Assembly (NCBI GenBank): GCA_045587385.1
Contig: JAZNCE010000003.1
Location: forward strand, 23,754-87,753
Length of the DNA: 64,000 nucleotides
Direction: 5' to 3'
From: Eubacteriales bacterium
GTDB lineage: Bacteria > Bacillota > Clostridia > Oscillospirales > CAG-272
Below are positions 42,437 through 50,854 of this stretch, piece after piece (position 1 is the stretch's first letter; each line of letters begins with the position of its first letter). A program made the position numbers and the translations under genes. The notes under the pieces are model-generated. The model had not been told where the DNA came from and did no database searches. It was given only the letters and a program-made list of their open reading frames with translations.

Positions 42437-43291
42437 ATGAGTCAGTATTTGGATATGCTGTGCGCCGAGGCAAAGCGCGTCGGCGGCACGTTTTATAAGA
42501 TCACCGAAATTCACAAGGGCAGGATCGAAACCGTCACCATAAATCAAGGCAACGCCTGCCAGAACAGCTATTCGGTTGCAAAATCCTTTGTTGTGACCGC
42601 AATCGGTATGCTGTACGATCAGGGGCTGATCGACCTTGACGAGCGCATCGTGGACATCTTTGCGGACGAGCTGCCTGCAGATATGGATGAAAGATGGCAG
42701 CACATGACCGTACATCACGCCATGGTGCACGGCTGCGGCTTTTCCGAGGGATATCTCGACATTGATGCCATTGACGCAAGCACGTTGGGCACGGACGATT
42801 ATCTGACGTATTTGTTCAAGACCAAGCTCAACTTTGTCCCGGGCACCAAGGGCGCGTACAGCGACGCGGCGTTTTATCTGCTCTCGCGCGTGGTCAGCAA
42901 AAAGAGCGGGGAAAAGCTGGACGATTTTCTTTGGAAGAGGTTATTCTATCCGCTGGGCTATCGCGAAATGGCGTGGAGCAAGTGCCCCTACGGCTATCCC
43001 ATGGGCGCAACCGGACTTTATATCTACACCGAGGATATGGCAAAGCTGGGTGAGCTGTATTTGCGCGGCGGCGTGTGGAACGGTGTGCGCATCCTCTCCG
43101 AGGAATGGTGTGAGATCACGCGCAGACGCGGCTACGAGTTCCATAATATCTGCTCCGGCAAAGCATACGGCAAGGGCGGCGCGTTCGGACAGTTTTTGCT
43201 GTATATCCCCGAGCAGGAGCGCGTCGTCGCATGGCATTCTTTCGGCGGTGGGGATCTGCTGCCTGCCATTACGCTGTGGAAAGACGAATGA
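42437..43291 (+). CDS. beta-lactamase-fold serine hydrolase
   Basis: SxxK motif in NSYSVAKSFV. YSDAAFYLL (Y-x-N/S-like) region. 284 aa with no signal peptide. Confidence 0.75.
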   Translation: MSQYLDMLCAEAKRVGGTFYKITEIHKGRIETVTINQGNACQNSYSVAKSFVVTAIGMLYDQGLIDLDERIVDIFADELPADMDERWQHMTVHHAMVHGCGFSEGYLDIDAIDASTLGTDDYLTYLFKTKLNFVPGTKGAYSDAAFYLLSRVVSKKSGEKLDDFLWKRLFYPLGYREMAWSKCPYGYPMGATGLYIYTEDMAKLGELYLRGGVWNGVRILSEEWCEITRRRGYEFHNICSGKAYGKGGAFGQFLLYIPEQERVVAWHSFGGGDLLPAITLWKDE

Positions 43292-44175
43292 TCTACGAGA
43301 GTATTGTACAAATAACGCTTATTGAAAAGGGCTGGTCGGGTGACAAAAAATACTGTGCCCTCACGGCAGACGGCACAAAATATCTGCTGCGCATCTCACC
43401 CGTTGAGCGCGCAGAGCGCAAAAAGCGCGAGTTTGCGCAAATGCAAAGAGTGGCAGAGCTGGGCATTCCCATGTGCCTGCCCATTGCATGCGGAATTTGC
43501 GAGCAGGGCTTTTATTCCTTGCAATCCTTTGTGGAGGGCGAGGATGCCGAGCCGTATATCGAGCGGCTGACGCCTGCAGAGCAGTATGCTTACGGACTTG
43601 ATGCAGGCAAAATTCTTGCGCGCATTCATACCATTCCCGCGCCCGAGGGCGTCATTGCGTGGAGTGAGCGTTTTAACGCCAAGATAGACCGTAAAATCAA
43701 AATGTATGCGGAATGCCCACTTAAATACGAGCACGGGGACGCAGAAATGTTGGACTATATCGCAGGACACCGCCATTTGCTTGACACCCGCCCCCAGACC
43801 TATCAGCACGGCGACTATCACATCGGCAACATGATGATAGACGCGCAGGGGACGCTGACCATCATTGATTTTGACCGCGATGATTACGGGGACCCGTGGG
43901 AGGAATTCAACCGCATTGTCTGGTGCGCGCAGGCAGCCCCATACTTTGCATCCGGTATGGTGGACGGATATTTTGCAGGGCAGGTGCCAGCAAAATTCTG
44001 GCAGCTGCTTGCCTTGTATATCTGCTCCAATACGCTGGGCTCCTTGCCGTGGGCAATCCCGTTTGGCGAAAAGGAGATCAGCGTGATGAGAAACCAGCAA
44101 GCCGAGGTGCTTGCGTGGTACGACAATATGAAAAGAGAGGTACCTTCTTGGTACGTGACGGAGGAAAACACATGA
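43288..44175 (+). CDS. aminoglycoside/small-molecule phosphotransferase (APH) family kinase
   Basis: Start at MIYESIV, with ATGA overlapping the upstream stop. GWSGDKKY...LLRISP, HGDYHIGNMMID (Brenner motif) and IIDFDR. Confidence 0.8.
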   Translation: MIYESIVQITLIEKGWSGDKKYCALTADGTKYLLRISPVERAERKKREFAQMQRVAELGIPMCLPIACGICEQGFYSLQSFVEGEDAEPYIERLTPAEQYAYGLDAGKILARIHTIPAPEGVIAWSERFNAKIDRKIKMYAECPLKYEHGDAEMLDYIAGHRHLLDTRPQTYQHGDYHIGNMMIDAQGTLTIIDFDRDDYGDPWEEFNRIVWCAQAAPYFASGMVDGYFAGQVPAKFWQLLALYICSNTLGSLPWAIPFGEKEISVMRNQQAEVLAWYDNMKREVPSWYVTEENT

Positions 44176-45206
44176 AAAACAAAAAACCATTGATGATTAT
44201 ATTGATCGCACTTGGCAGCCTGGTTGCGCTGCTTGCGTTGGTGCTTGTCGGTGCGATCGGGTATTTTAAGCTGCCCGTGGCAATCTATTACGGCGCATCG
44301 GATAAAGCGTTCGTGATTCCCGATATTATGGAAGGCTACGTGCCGCAGGGCATGCATTACTGTGAGCAAGAGGAGGTCTTGTTGCTCAGCGGTTACCGCT
44401 CGGACGGTGCTGCTTCGCCCATCTACGTGGTGGAGGCAGGCGAGCAGGATCACGGTAAGCTGCTGCAAAAGGTTACGCTCAAAAACGAGGACGGCACCGA
44501 TTTCGTCGGACACGGCGGCGGTATTGCCAGATACGGTGATTTTGTGTACGTAGCGGGTGACGAGGCGATCTTGTACGTTTATTCCTTTGCCGATATCATG
44601 GCGGCAGAGCAGGGCGGCAGCGTGACCTGCAAGGGCAGTATCAGCCTGAAAGTGACGGAAGAGGATTATCTCATTCCCGCATTTGTAACCGTATATCAGG
44701 ATACGCTGGTGCTGGGTGAATTTTACCGCGAGGAGGTATATCCCACGCCCGAATCTCACCATATGACCACCAAGGCAGGTGACGAGCATTACGCGCTTGC
44801 GGTCAGATTTAAGCTTTCCGCGGATGCAGAATTTGGCATCGTGACCGAGCCTACCGTGGCGTTCAGCCTGCCCGCTCAAGTACAGGGCTTGACCTTTACC
44901 GAGGACGGTCAGCGCGTGTATCTCTCTACCTCCTGGGGATTGTCATTCTCGCATATTATGGAATATGACATGACAAAGCTGCAAAGAGAGGGTGACATCA
45001 CGGTGCTTGGCAAGCAAGTGCCGCTGTACTCTATGGACAGCGCCTCGCTGATCATGAATCATAAGATCGCGCCCATGTCCGAGGAAATGGCAATTGTGGA
45101 CGGCAAGCTGTACGTGCTTTCCGAGTCTGCCAGCAGCAAGTACATCTTCGGTCGCTTGACAGGCGGTAAGTGGTGCTACGCAACCGACATGGAGAAAATG
45201 AAATAA
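44172..45206 (+). CDS. hypothetical membrane-anchored protein, probably an extracytoplasmic beta-rich domain
   Basis: Start at MKNKKPLMIILIALGSLVALLALVLVGAIGYF, with ATGA overlapping the APH stop. No family recognised. Confidence 0.65.
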   Translation: MKNKKPLMIILIALGSLVALLALVLVGAIGYFKLPVAIYYGASDKAFVIPDIMEGYVPQGMHYCEQEEVLLLSGYRSDGAASPIYVVEAGEQDHGKLLQKVTLKNEDGTDFVGHGGGIARYGDFVYVAGDEAILYVYSFADIMAAEQGGSVTCKGSISLKVTEEDYLIPAFVTVYQDTLVLGEFYREEVYPTPESHHMTTKAGDEHYALAVRFKLSADAEFGIVTEPTVAFSLPAQVQGLTFTEDGQRVYLSTSWGLSFSHIMEYDMTKLQREGDITVLGKQVPLYSMDSASLIMNHKIAPMSEEMAIVDGKLYVLSESASSKYIFGRLTGGKWCYATDMEKMK

Positions 45207-45217
45207 GACACAGAAAA

Positions 45218-45246
45218 ACGGCGGTGATCGGATCACCGCCGTTTTC
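45218..45246. terminator. rho-independent terminator
   Basis: ACGGCGGTGA / TCACCGCCGT stem followed by TTTT, with an A run upstream. Confidence 0.75.
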
Positions 45247-45272
45247 ATATGCCCGCTTTACGGGAGTTTTCA

Positions 45273-45298
45273 CGTAGGGCGGGGGCTTGCTCCCGCAG
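45273..45298. repeat. REP-like repeat, family 1 (CGTAGGGCGGGGGCTTGCTCCCGCAG)
   Basis: Identical to 55577-55602 and to the unit plus tail of the 6303-6369 tandem array. Contains a GCGGG...CCCGC hairpin. Confidence 0.9.
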
Positions 45299-45334
45299 AA
45301 AAATCAAAACATTACACGTGAGCACAAACTGATT

Positions 45335-46831
45335 TCATTCCCCGTTTTCCAATTCTTCGAGCCGACCCTCCAACGCCTCCACGCGGCTGCCAAGCTCGTC
45401 GCACATGTCCTCGCAATCGTCGCGCACGCAGGAAATATCGTCCACCTCGCTGCGCAGATCGTCCATATCCTGCTCAAGCTTTCTGATCTTTTCTTCAAGG
45501 CTGCTCATGAATCCGCTCATTTTGATCTTGGGCGTACCCTGGAGCAGCTCGATCTGCTCCAGCTCAAACGACGCTCCTTGGTTTTCAATCGGGTCAAGGC
45601 GCAAGCCCGTCAGAGTGCCGTGCCAGAAGCCGTTGTTCGAGGTGTCCACATAAATATCCTGCATCTGACCGGTTGCCAGATAATGCACACTGAAGTGGCG
45701 TTGCTCGGTGTAATCCTCGCAACCGGGTGTTTTGAAATACAGCTTCATTTCCGCATTGCAAAGAGCGTTGTTGTGATGATACGTCCAATTGCCCTCGTCA
45801 AACAACGTGGCTTTGATGCGCAGATGTACGTATCTTGCGCGGTCTATATTCAGATTCAACGTATCGTTGGAAAGAATGGGATCCCAAGCCTCGCACATGA
45901 TCTTAAAAGGATCGGATAAAAAGGTAATGCCGGGCAGCTCGGGACACAGCTTTGCGTTTTTCAGAATCGGACCCGGGCAGACAAGATCGTCAATCTCATC
46001 GTCATTTCCCAAGTGTAAGACGTGTTGCTTACAAAGCTCCGCATCCATTTCAAAAGCCACCTCTCCCTGCGGTGTCAGCAGCATGACCGACTCGATCTCT
46101 GTTCTGCCGTCTCCATCGTCGAAGGGGTCAATGCGCAGTCCGATCAGCTCCCCACAGAAAAAGGGATTGTTGACGGCAAGATCCAGCGTTAGCTTATTTC
46201 CGTTTGGATATCCTGTGCGAATACATTTCTGCTCGTCCCATTTGGGATTATCACTCGTGATAAAATAGACCTGCAGGGTGTGGTGATGGCGGTTGCCCAT
46301 CGTTGCCAGCTTGATGAGAATGCGGGAGATGCCTGAAAGCGGAATCGAAAGCCCCGCAATGATAAACTGGGGATCTACCAAGACTTCTGCGGCACGTTCG
46401 GCAGGCACTGCTTTCATGCAAAGCGTACCGCTATCATCCATGATATGCAAGCCGTCAGGCTCCCATTTCTTTTTATCGTCAGTGGACATTTTGGAAAAAT
46501 CAAAGCTTGCAACGCGCGGTGTCTCGCGCAGCATGATCTCCTTAGACGCGCCATCGTCCTTGGCAGTCAGCATTTCCAGCAGTCGCTCCAAGGAGGCAAC
46601 GCGCCGCTCCAGCTCGCTCTCACTTGCTTTGGGCGCGGAGAGCCCCAATAATTCATCGGTAGAGATATTGAACAGCTTTGCAATGCGGGGAATCATCTCA
46701 ATGTCGGGATTGGCAATGCCTCTCTCCCATTTGGATATTGCTTGCGCCGAAATTACCAACTGTTCTGCAAGCATTTCCTGCGTCATGCCGCGATCCTTAC
46801 GCAGCGAACAGATCTTTTCGCCAATATTCAT
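45335..46831 (-). CDS. XRE-HTH regulator with two beta-sandwich-like modules and an acidic C-terminal coiled coil
   Basis: N-terminus ICSLRKDRGMTQEMLAEQLVISAQAISKWERGIANPDIEMIPRIAKLFNISTDELLG. Two ~130-aa modules end in GLRIDPFDDGDGRTEIESVMLL and GLRLDPIENQGASFELEQIELL. The tail is LEEKIRKLEQDMDDLRSEVDD...LEGRLEELENGE. Confidence 0.8.
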   Translation of the reverse strand: MNIGEKICSLRKDRGMTQEMLAEQLVISAQAISKWERGIANPDIEMIPRIAKLFNISTDELLGLSAPKASESELERRVASLERLLEMLTAKDDGASKEIMLRETPRVASFDFSKMSTDDKKKWEPDGLHIMDDSGTLCMKAVPAERAAEVLVDPQFIIAGLSIPLSGISRILIKLATMGNRHHHTLQVYFITSDNPKWDEQKCIRTGYPNGNKLTLDLAVNNPFFCGELIGLRIDPFDDGDGRTEIESVMLLTPQGEVAFEMDAELCKQHVLHLGNDDEIDDLVCPGPILKNAKLCPELPGITFLSDPFKIMCEAWDPILSNDTLNLNIDRARYVHLRIKATLFDEGNWTYHHNNALCNAEMKLYFKTPGCEDYTEQRHFSVHYLATGQMQDIYVDTSNNGFWHGTLTGLRLDPIENQGASFELEQIELLQGTPKIKMSGFMSSLEEKIRKLEQDMDDLRSEVDDISCVRDDCEDMCDELGSRVEALEGRLEELENGE

Positions 46832-46939
46832 GTTCCGTGCCCCTCTCGTTTGTGTTGTGCTTTCATTGTACCATAAGTGCCAAAATTCGTCAATGACTTG
46901 TTTTTCCAGTCGCTAAACCATAGGTTTAGTGTTAAAAAA

Positions 46940-46969
46940 CGTAGGGGCGATTCAAGAATCGCCCCTACG
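46940..46969. repeat. REP-like hairpin, family 2 (GTAGGGGCGA...TCGCCCCTAC)
   Basis: CGTAGGGGCGATTC-AA-GAATCGCCCCTACG is a perfect 14-bp palindrome. Confidence 0.9.
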
Positions 46970-46994
46970 ATACGTTGCGTATAATTTGTGTAAT

Positions 46995-47822
46995 TTATTC
47001 CGCTGCCAGATCAATGACCTGCGTGCCCTCGGTCATGCGGTAATGCTTTTTGACACAGCGCAAAGAAGAAATCCAGCCGCGCACGATCACGGTGCGAAAA
47101 GCTCCCGTGTCATAGCCGCCGGGGCCCATGTTGTCCCACAGCCACGAGGGAGTGGGCCACAGGCAATAGGTGGGTTTTACGACCTCGTAAACCTCTTTTT
47201 CCACGCCGCCCTGGCCGTGATGCGCCATCTGCACGTAATCCGCCTTCAAGAGCGCGTGATCCACGGTTTCAATCAGCTCGTGGCCGCCGTCGGGCTCAAG
47301 GTCGCCCAGGAACAGAATGCTCTTGCCATCGACCTCAACGCGGAATACGGTCGAGGAATTGTTGATGTAATTGAATGCGGTATTGTAGGTGCGCAGCACG
47401 CGCACGGTCACGTTGCCCCCGTCAAACGCGTACACGTCTCCAACCGTTGCGGTCACGGTAGGGATCTTGCGCACAGCAATCGCCTCGCGGAACAGCGAGA
47501 GCCATACCTCGGTGGGATTGTGGCTTTGCTTGGGCTCCCAGCGGATGAGAAATTCATCGGGCGGGAAGTTGTAGCAAACCTCGTCCACGGTAATATCGGG
47601 GTGCTTTTGCAGCATGGTCAGAAAGCAACCGAAATGGTCGTCGTGAAAGTGGGTTAAGAACCAAGCCTTGACGTGCCCGCCCAAGCCTTTGAGATATTCG
47701 TACAGATAGGGTTCCTCGCTCTCAAAGCCGCCGTCAAAGACGATCAGCGTGCCGTTCGACTCAATGATAAACGAGGTGTTGATGGTATCGGTGACCGATT
47801 TCAGAAAATGCAGCTTTGCCAT
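46995..47822 (-). CDS. MBL-fold metallo-hydrolase
   Basis: Start at MAKLHFLK behind AAGGAG. LTHFHDDHFG, and the later HHGQGG. Confidence 0.82.
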   Translation of the reverse strand: MAKLHFLKSVTDTINTSFIIESNGTLIVFDGGFESEEPYLYEYLKGLGGHVKAWFLTHFHDDHFGCFLTMLQKHPDITVDEVCYNFPPDEFLIRWEPKQSHNPTEVWLSLFREAIAVRKIPTVTATVGDVYAFDGGNVTVRVLRTYNTAFNYINNSSTVFRVEVDGKSILFLGDLEPDGGHELIETVDHALLKADYVQMAHHGQGGVEKEVYEVVKPTYCLWPTPSWLWDNMGPGGYDTGAFRTVIVRGWISSLRCVKKHYRMTEGTQVIDLAAE

Positions 47823-47841
47823 AAGTAGCTCCTTGTATGGA

Positions 47842-48690
47842 TTAGTCCGTGCCGCCAAGCGTGATGATGACCAGCTCGGGGCGGTTGTTGAATCGCAGCG
47901 GGAAAGAGCTTTGCCCGATGCCGCGGCTGACTACCATGTTGGTGTTCTGATAGGTGTAAACGCCGCTGTCGTATGCGGGGAAGGCACCCTGACCGGGGGC
48001 GTAAAGTCCGCCGATCAAGGGCAGACGGAATTGACCGCCATGTGCGTGTCCCGAAAGAGTGAGATCAATCCCCGATTCGGCATAACGCCAAAAGTATTCG
48101 GGGCGGTGCGAGAGCAGGATGGTAAATCCGTCCGTGCCCGCAAGCTCACGTAACTGCTCGGGGGAGTGCAGAACACCTTCGTAGTTTTCGTCATCCACGC
48201 CCACAAGTGTAATGCTTGCATCCCCGCGCGTCAAAGTGACCTTTTCGTCATGCATCACGTCCACACCTATCTCGCGTATCTGCGCTTCCAGCGCAAAGTA
48301 GCTCTGTCGGTTCATGGCGCATTCGTGATTACCCGTGACCATATAGCAGGGTGCAATCTCCATGCACGCGCGCAAAAATGCCAGCGTGGGGGCTTTATCG
48401 GGATGCCGCTCGTCAAAGGTGTCACCCGTAAAAACAATGATGTCGGGCTGCGCCTCTTTTAGCATCGACAGCAGCTTTTGGTTGCCCTCGTCGTATTCCG
48501 CGCAGTGCAGGTCGGCGATCTGGGCGATACGAAAACCCTCAAATTCGGCAGGCAACCGTGCGCTTGCGATGGTATAGTCCGTGCGCTCAAGCGCCGTGTT
48601 TGCCCAAATCACCCAGCCGCCAAAGGCAATGCAGAGCGCAACCAAGGCGCCGAGCACACAAAACAGTATCTTTTTCTTGTTCGTCATCAC
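47842..48690 (-). CDS. membrane-anchored metallophosphoesterase (YkuE/calcineurin-like)
   Basis: N-terminal TM helix. DLH, TGDTFD, GNHE and SGHAHGGQ. Confidence 0.85.
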   Translation of the reverse strand: MMTNKKKILFCVLGALVALCIAFGGWVIWANTALERTDYTIASARLPAEFEGFRIAQIADLHCAEYDEGNQKLLSMLKEAQPDIIVFTGDTFDERHPDKAPTLAFLRACMEIAPCYMVTGNHECAMNRQSYFALEAQIREIGVDVMHDEKVTLTRGDASITLVGVDDENYEGVLHSPEQLRELAGTDGFTILLSHRPEYFWRYAESGIDLTLSGHAHGGQFRLPLIGGLYAPGQGAFPAYDSGVYTYQNTNMVVSRGIGQSSFPLRFNNRPELVIITLGGTD

Positions 48691-50111
48691 AGATTATAGT
48701 ACTTTTCAAACTCAGCGGGGTGGGGAATTGCTGCCATGGCTCTGCATTCCTCACGCTTGGTCTTGATGAAGTTGTTGATCAGCTCAATCGGGAACACGCC
48801 GCCTGCTGTCAGGTAGTCGTGATCAGCCTCCAGCGCGTCAAGGGCATCGGGCAGGGAAGTAGGAAGCTGCTGCAGCTTTGCCTTTTCCTCGTCGGAGAGA
48901 TGATAGAGGTTGAAGTCGTAGGGACCCCAGCCGTTTGCATGCGGGTCGATCTTGTTCTTGATACCGTCCAAGCCAGCCATCAGAATTGCAGCGTAGCAGA
49001 AATAGGGGTTGCAGGTCGCATCGGGATTGCGCAGCTCAAAGCGACGCTTGTCGGGCGATTTTGCATATGCGGGAATACGAATGACCGCACTTCTGTTGGA
49101 GGTTGCATAGCCTACGGTAACGGGGGCTTCAAAGCCGGGCACCAGACGCTTGAAGGAATTGGTGCTGGGGTTGGTCAGCGCGCAAAGCGACGCGATGTGT
49201 TTCAGCAAGCCGCCCATAAAGTAATGTGCGGTTTCGCTCAAGTGTGCGTAACCGTCGTCATCCGAGAAGACCGGCACGCCGTCCTTGAACAGCAGCATAT
49301 GCACGTGCATACCGCTGCCTGCCTCACCTGCGATGGGCTTGGGCATAAAGGTAGCGGACTTGCCGTACTTGAGCGCGGTGTTGTGAATGATATACTTGAT
49401 CATCATGGTGGCGTCAGCCATGTGCACGACCTCGCCAAGCTGCGGCTCGATCTCAAACTGACCGGATGCTGCAACCTCGGGGTGATGATAGTTGATCTCA
49501 ATGCCCGCGTCCAGCATGTGCATGCACATCTCACTTCTTGCTTCGTAAGCGCGGTCAAAGGGCTTGGCAATATGGTAAGCCTTTTGCTTGGGGACGATGA
49601 CGCCGTGTCCCTGACTGTCGCTGTTCCAGTAGGACTGCTCGGCATCCACGTGCGCACCGATATAGTTGGGGGAGACCTCCCAGCCTACGTTGTCAAACAG
49701 ATAGAATTCAAATTCCGGCAAAATCTTCATGGTGTCGGCAATGCCGCATTCGCGCATATGCGCCACGGCTGCCTTGATAATGTTTCTGGGGTACTGGGCA
49801 AGAGGCTTGTTTTCGGGAGAGGCAATGATCATGGCGTCACCCGTCATGCTCAGCGTGGGAATGTCACAGAAGGGATCGATCTGTGCGGTGTCGGGATCGG
49901 GAATAAATACCATATCGCTCTTTTCCACCACGGCATAGCCGTAGTTGGAGGCATCAAAGCCGATGCCGCTTTTCATGGTATCCTCGGTAAAATTCTGTGC
50001 GGGAATGGTGACGTGACGGTACTGACCGCTGATGTCCACCATCTTGAAATCCACCATCTTGATGCCGTTTTCACGGATCATGCTCATAATATCCTGTACA
50101 CTTTTTGCCAT
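48687..50111 (-). CDS. glnA: glutamine synthetase, type I
   Basis: 474 aa. Contains FDASN, GSGMHVHMLLF and NPSTNSFKRLVPGFEAP. A 4-nt overlap links it to the downstream phosphoesterase gene. Confidence 0.92.
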   Translation of the reverse strand: MAKSVQDIMSMIRENGIKMVDFKMVDISGQYRHVTIPAQNFTEDTMKSGIGFDASNYGYAVVEKSDMVFIPDPDTAQIDPFCDIPTLSMTGDAMIIASPENKPLAQYPRNIIKAAVAHMRECGIADTMKILPEFEFYLFDNVGWEVSPNYIGAHVDAEQSYWNSDSQGHGVIVPKQKAYHIAKPFDRAYEARSEMCMHMLDAGIEINYHHPEVAASGQFEIEPQLGEVVHMADATMMIKYIIHNTALKYGKSATFMPKPIAGEAGSGMHVHMLLFKDGVPVFSDDDGYAHLSETAHYFMGGLLKHIASLCALTNPSTNSFKRLVPGFEAPVTVGYATSNRSAVIRIPAYAKSPDKRRFELRNPDATCNPYFCYAAILMAGLDGIKNKIDPHANGWGPYDFNLYHLSDEEKAKLQQLPTSLPDALDALEADHDYLTAGGVFPIELINNFIKTKREECRAMAAIPHPAEFEKYYNL

Positions 50112-50154
50112 TTCTCATGCTCCTTTGCTTTGGTATATTAAAGTATATATGTCT

Positions 50155-50182
50155 ATTATACCATATTTTCTTCAGCCGTCAA
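50155..50182 (-). promoter_or_regulatory. sigma-A type promoter for glnA
   Basis: Minus strand: TTGACG, 16-nt spacer, TATAAT with extended TGG. Confidence 0.55.
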
Positions 50183-50211
50183 TAAAAACCGCGAAATTTT
50201 TAACGCTTTCT

Positions 50212-50240
50212 ATTGACAAAAATACATAATTCGACTATAA
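50212..50240 (+). promoter_or_regulatory. consensus sigma-A promoter for the TetR-fakA-plsX cluster
   Basis: TTGACA (50212-50217), 17-nt spacer, TATAAT (50235-50240). Confidence 0.65.
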
Positions 50241-50269
50241 TTGGATAAGCAACTAAAGTTGATTATTTT

Positions 50270-50288
50270 TGCATACATTGGTATTGCA
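50270..50288. promoter_or_regulatory. imperfect palindrome, candidate TetR operator
   Basis: TGCATACATTGGTATTGCA lies between the -10 element and the RBS of the TetR gene. Confidence 0.3.
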
Positions 50289-50310
50289 GGAATGAGGGAA
50301 AGGAGTCAGT

Positions 50311-50844
50311 ATGGATCTGCGCATCGTAAAAACCAAAAATCAGATCAAGCGGGCGTTTTTGTCGCTGCGTAATAAGTATTCGCTGGAAAAGATCAAGGTC
50401 AAGGATATTTGTGAGCTTGCCATGATCAATAAGACCACGTTTTACAAGCACTACGTGGATTCGTTCGCGCTTGCCAACGAATTGGAAGAGGGCTGTATGG
50501 AAAAGCTGATGAATGCTTTTTCCGAAAAAAAGAGTTTGTTTGACTCGCCCAAGGCGTACGTGCAGGGGCTTTTGAGTGCAACCGAGAAATACGCAGAGGA
50601 GCTGCGCGAGGTCTATCGCGGCAGAACGGAAGCATTTGTCTCCAAGCTGGAGCAAAGGCTGATGCAGGCATGCGAGAGCGGTGAGAATACCGAACGCCGT
50701 ATGGCAGCCACGTTTATGATCAGCGGCACCTCTCAGGTGCTTGCACAATGGCTGTTCGGTGAGGAGGGCAAACGCCCCGACCTTAGTGCTATTGCGGCAT
50801 ACATAGAGCGTATGTCAAAAAATCTGCTTCCCGCAGCTCAGTAA
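50311..50844 (+). CDS. TetR/AcrR family transcriptional regulator
   Basis: RIVKTKNQIKRAFLSLRNKYSLEKIKVKDICELAMINKTTFYKHY is a TetR N-terminal HTH. Confidence 0.88.
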   Translation: MDLRIVKTKNQIKRAFLSLRNKYSLEKIKVKDICELAMINKTTFYKHYVDSFALANELEEGCMEKLMNAFSEKKSLFDSPKAYVQGLLSATEKYAEELREVYRGRTEAFVSKLEQRLMQACESGENTERRMAATFMISGTSQVLAQWLFGEEGKRPDLSAIAAYIERMSKNLLPAAQ

Positions 50845-50854
50845 AGGAATAGGA

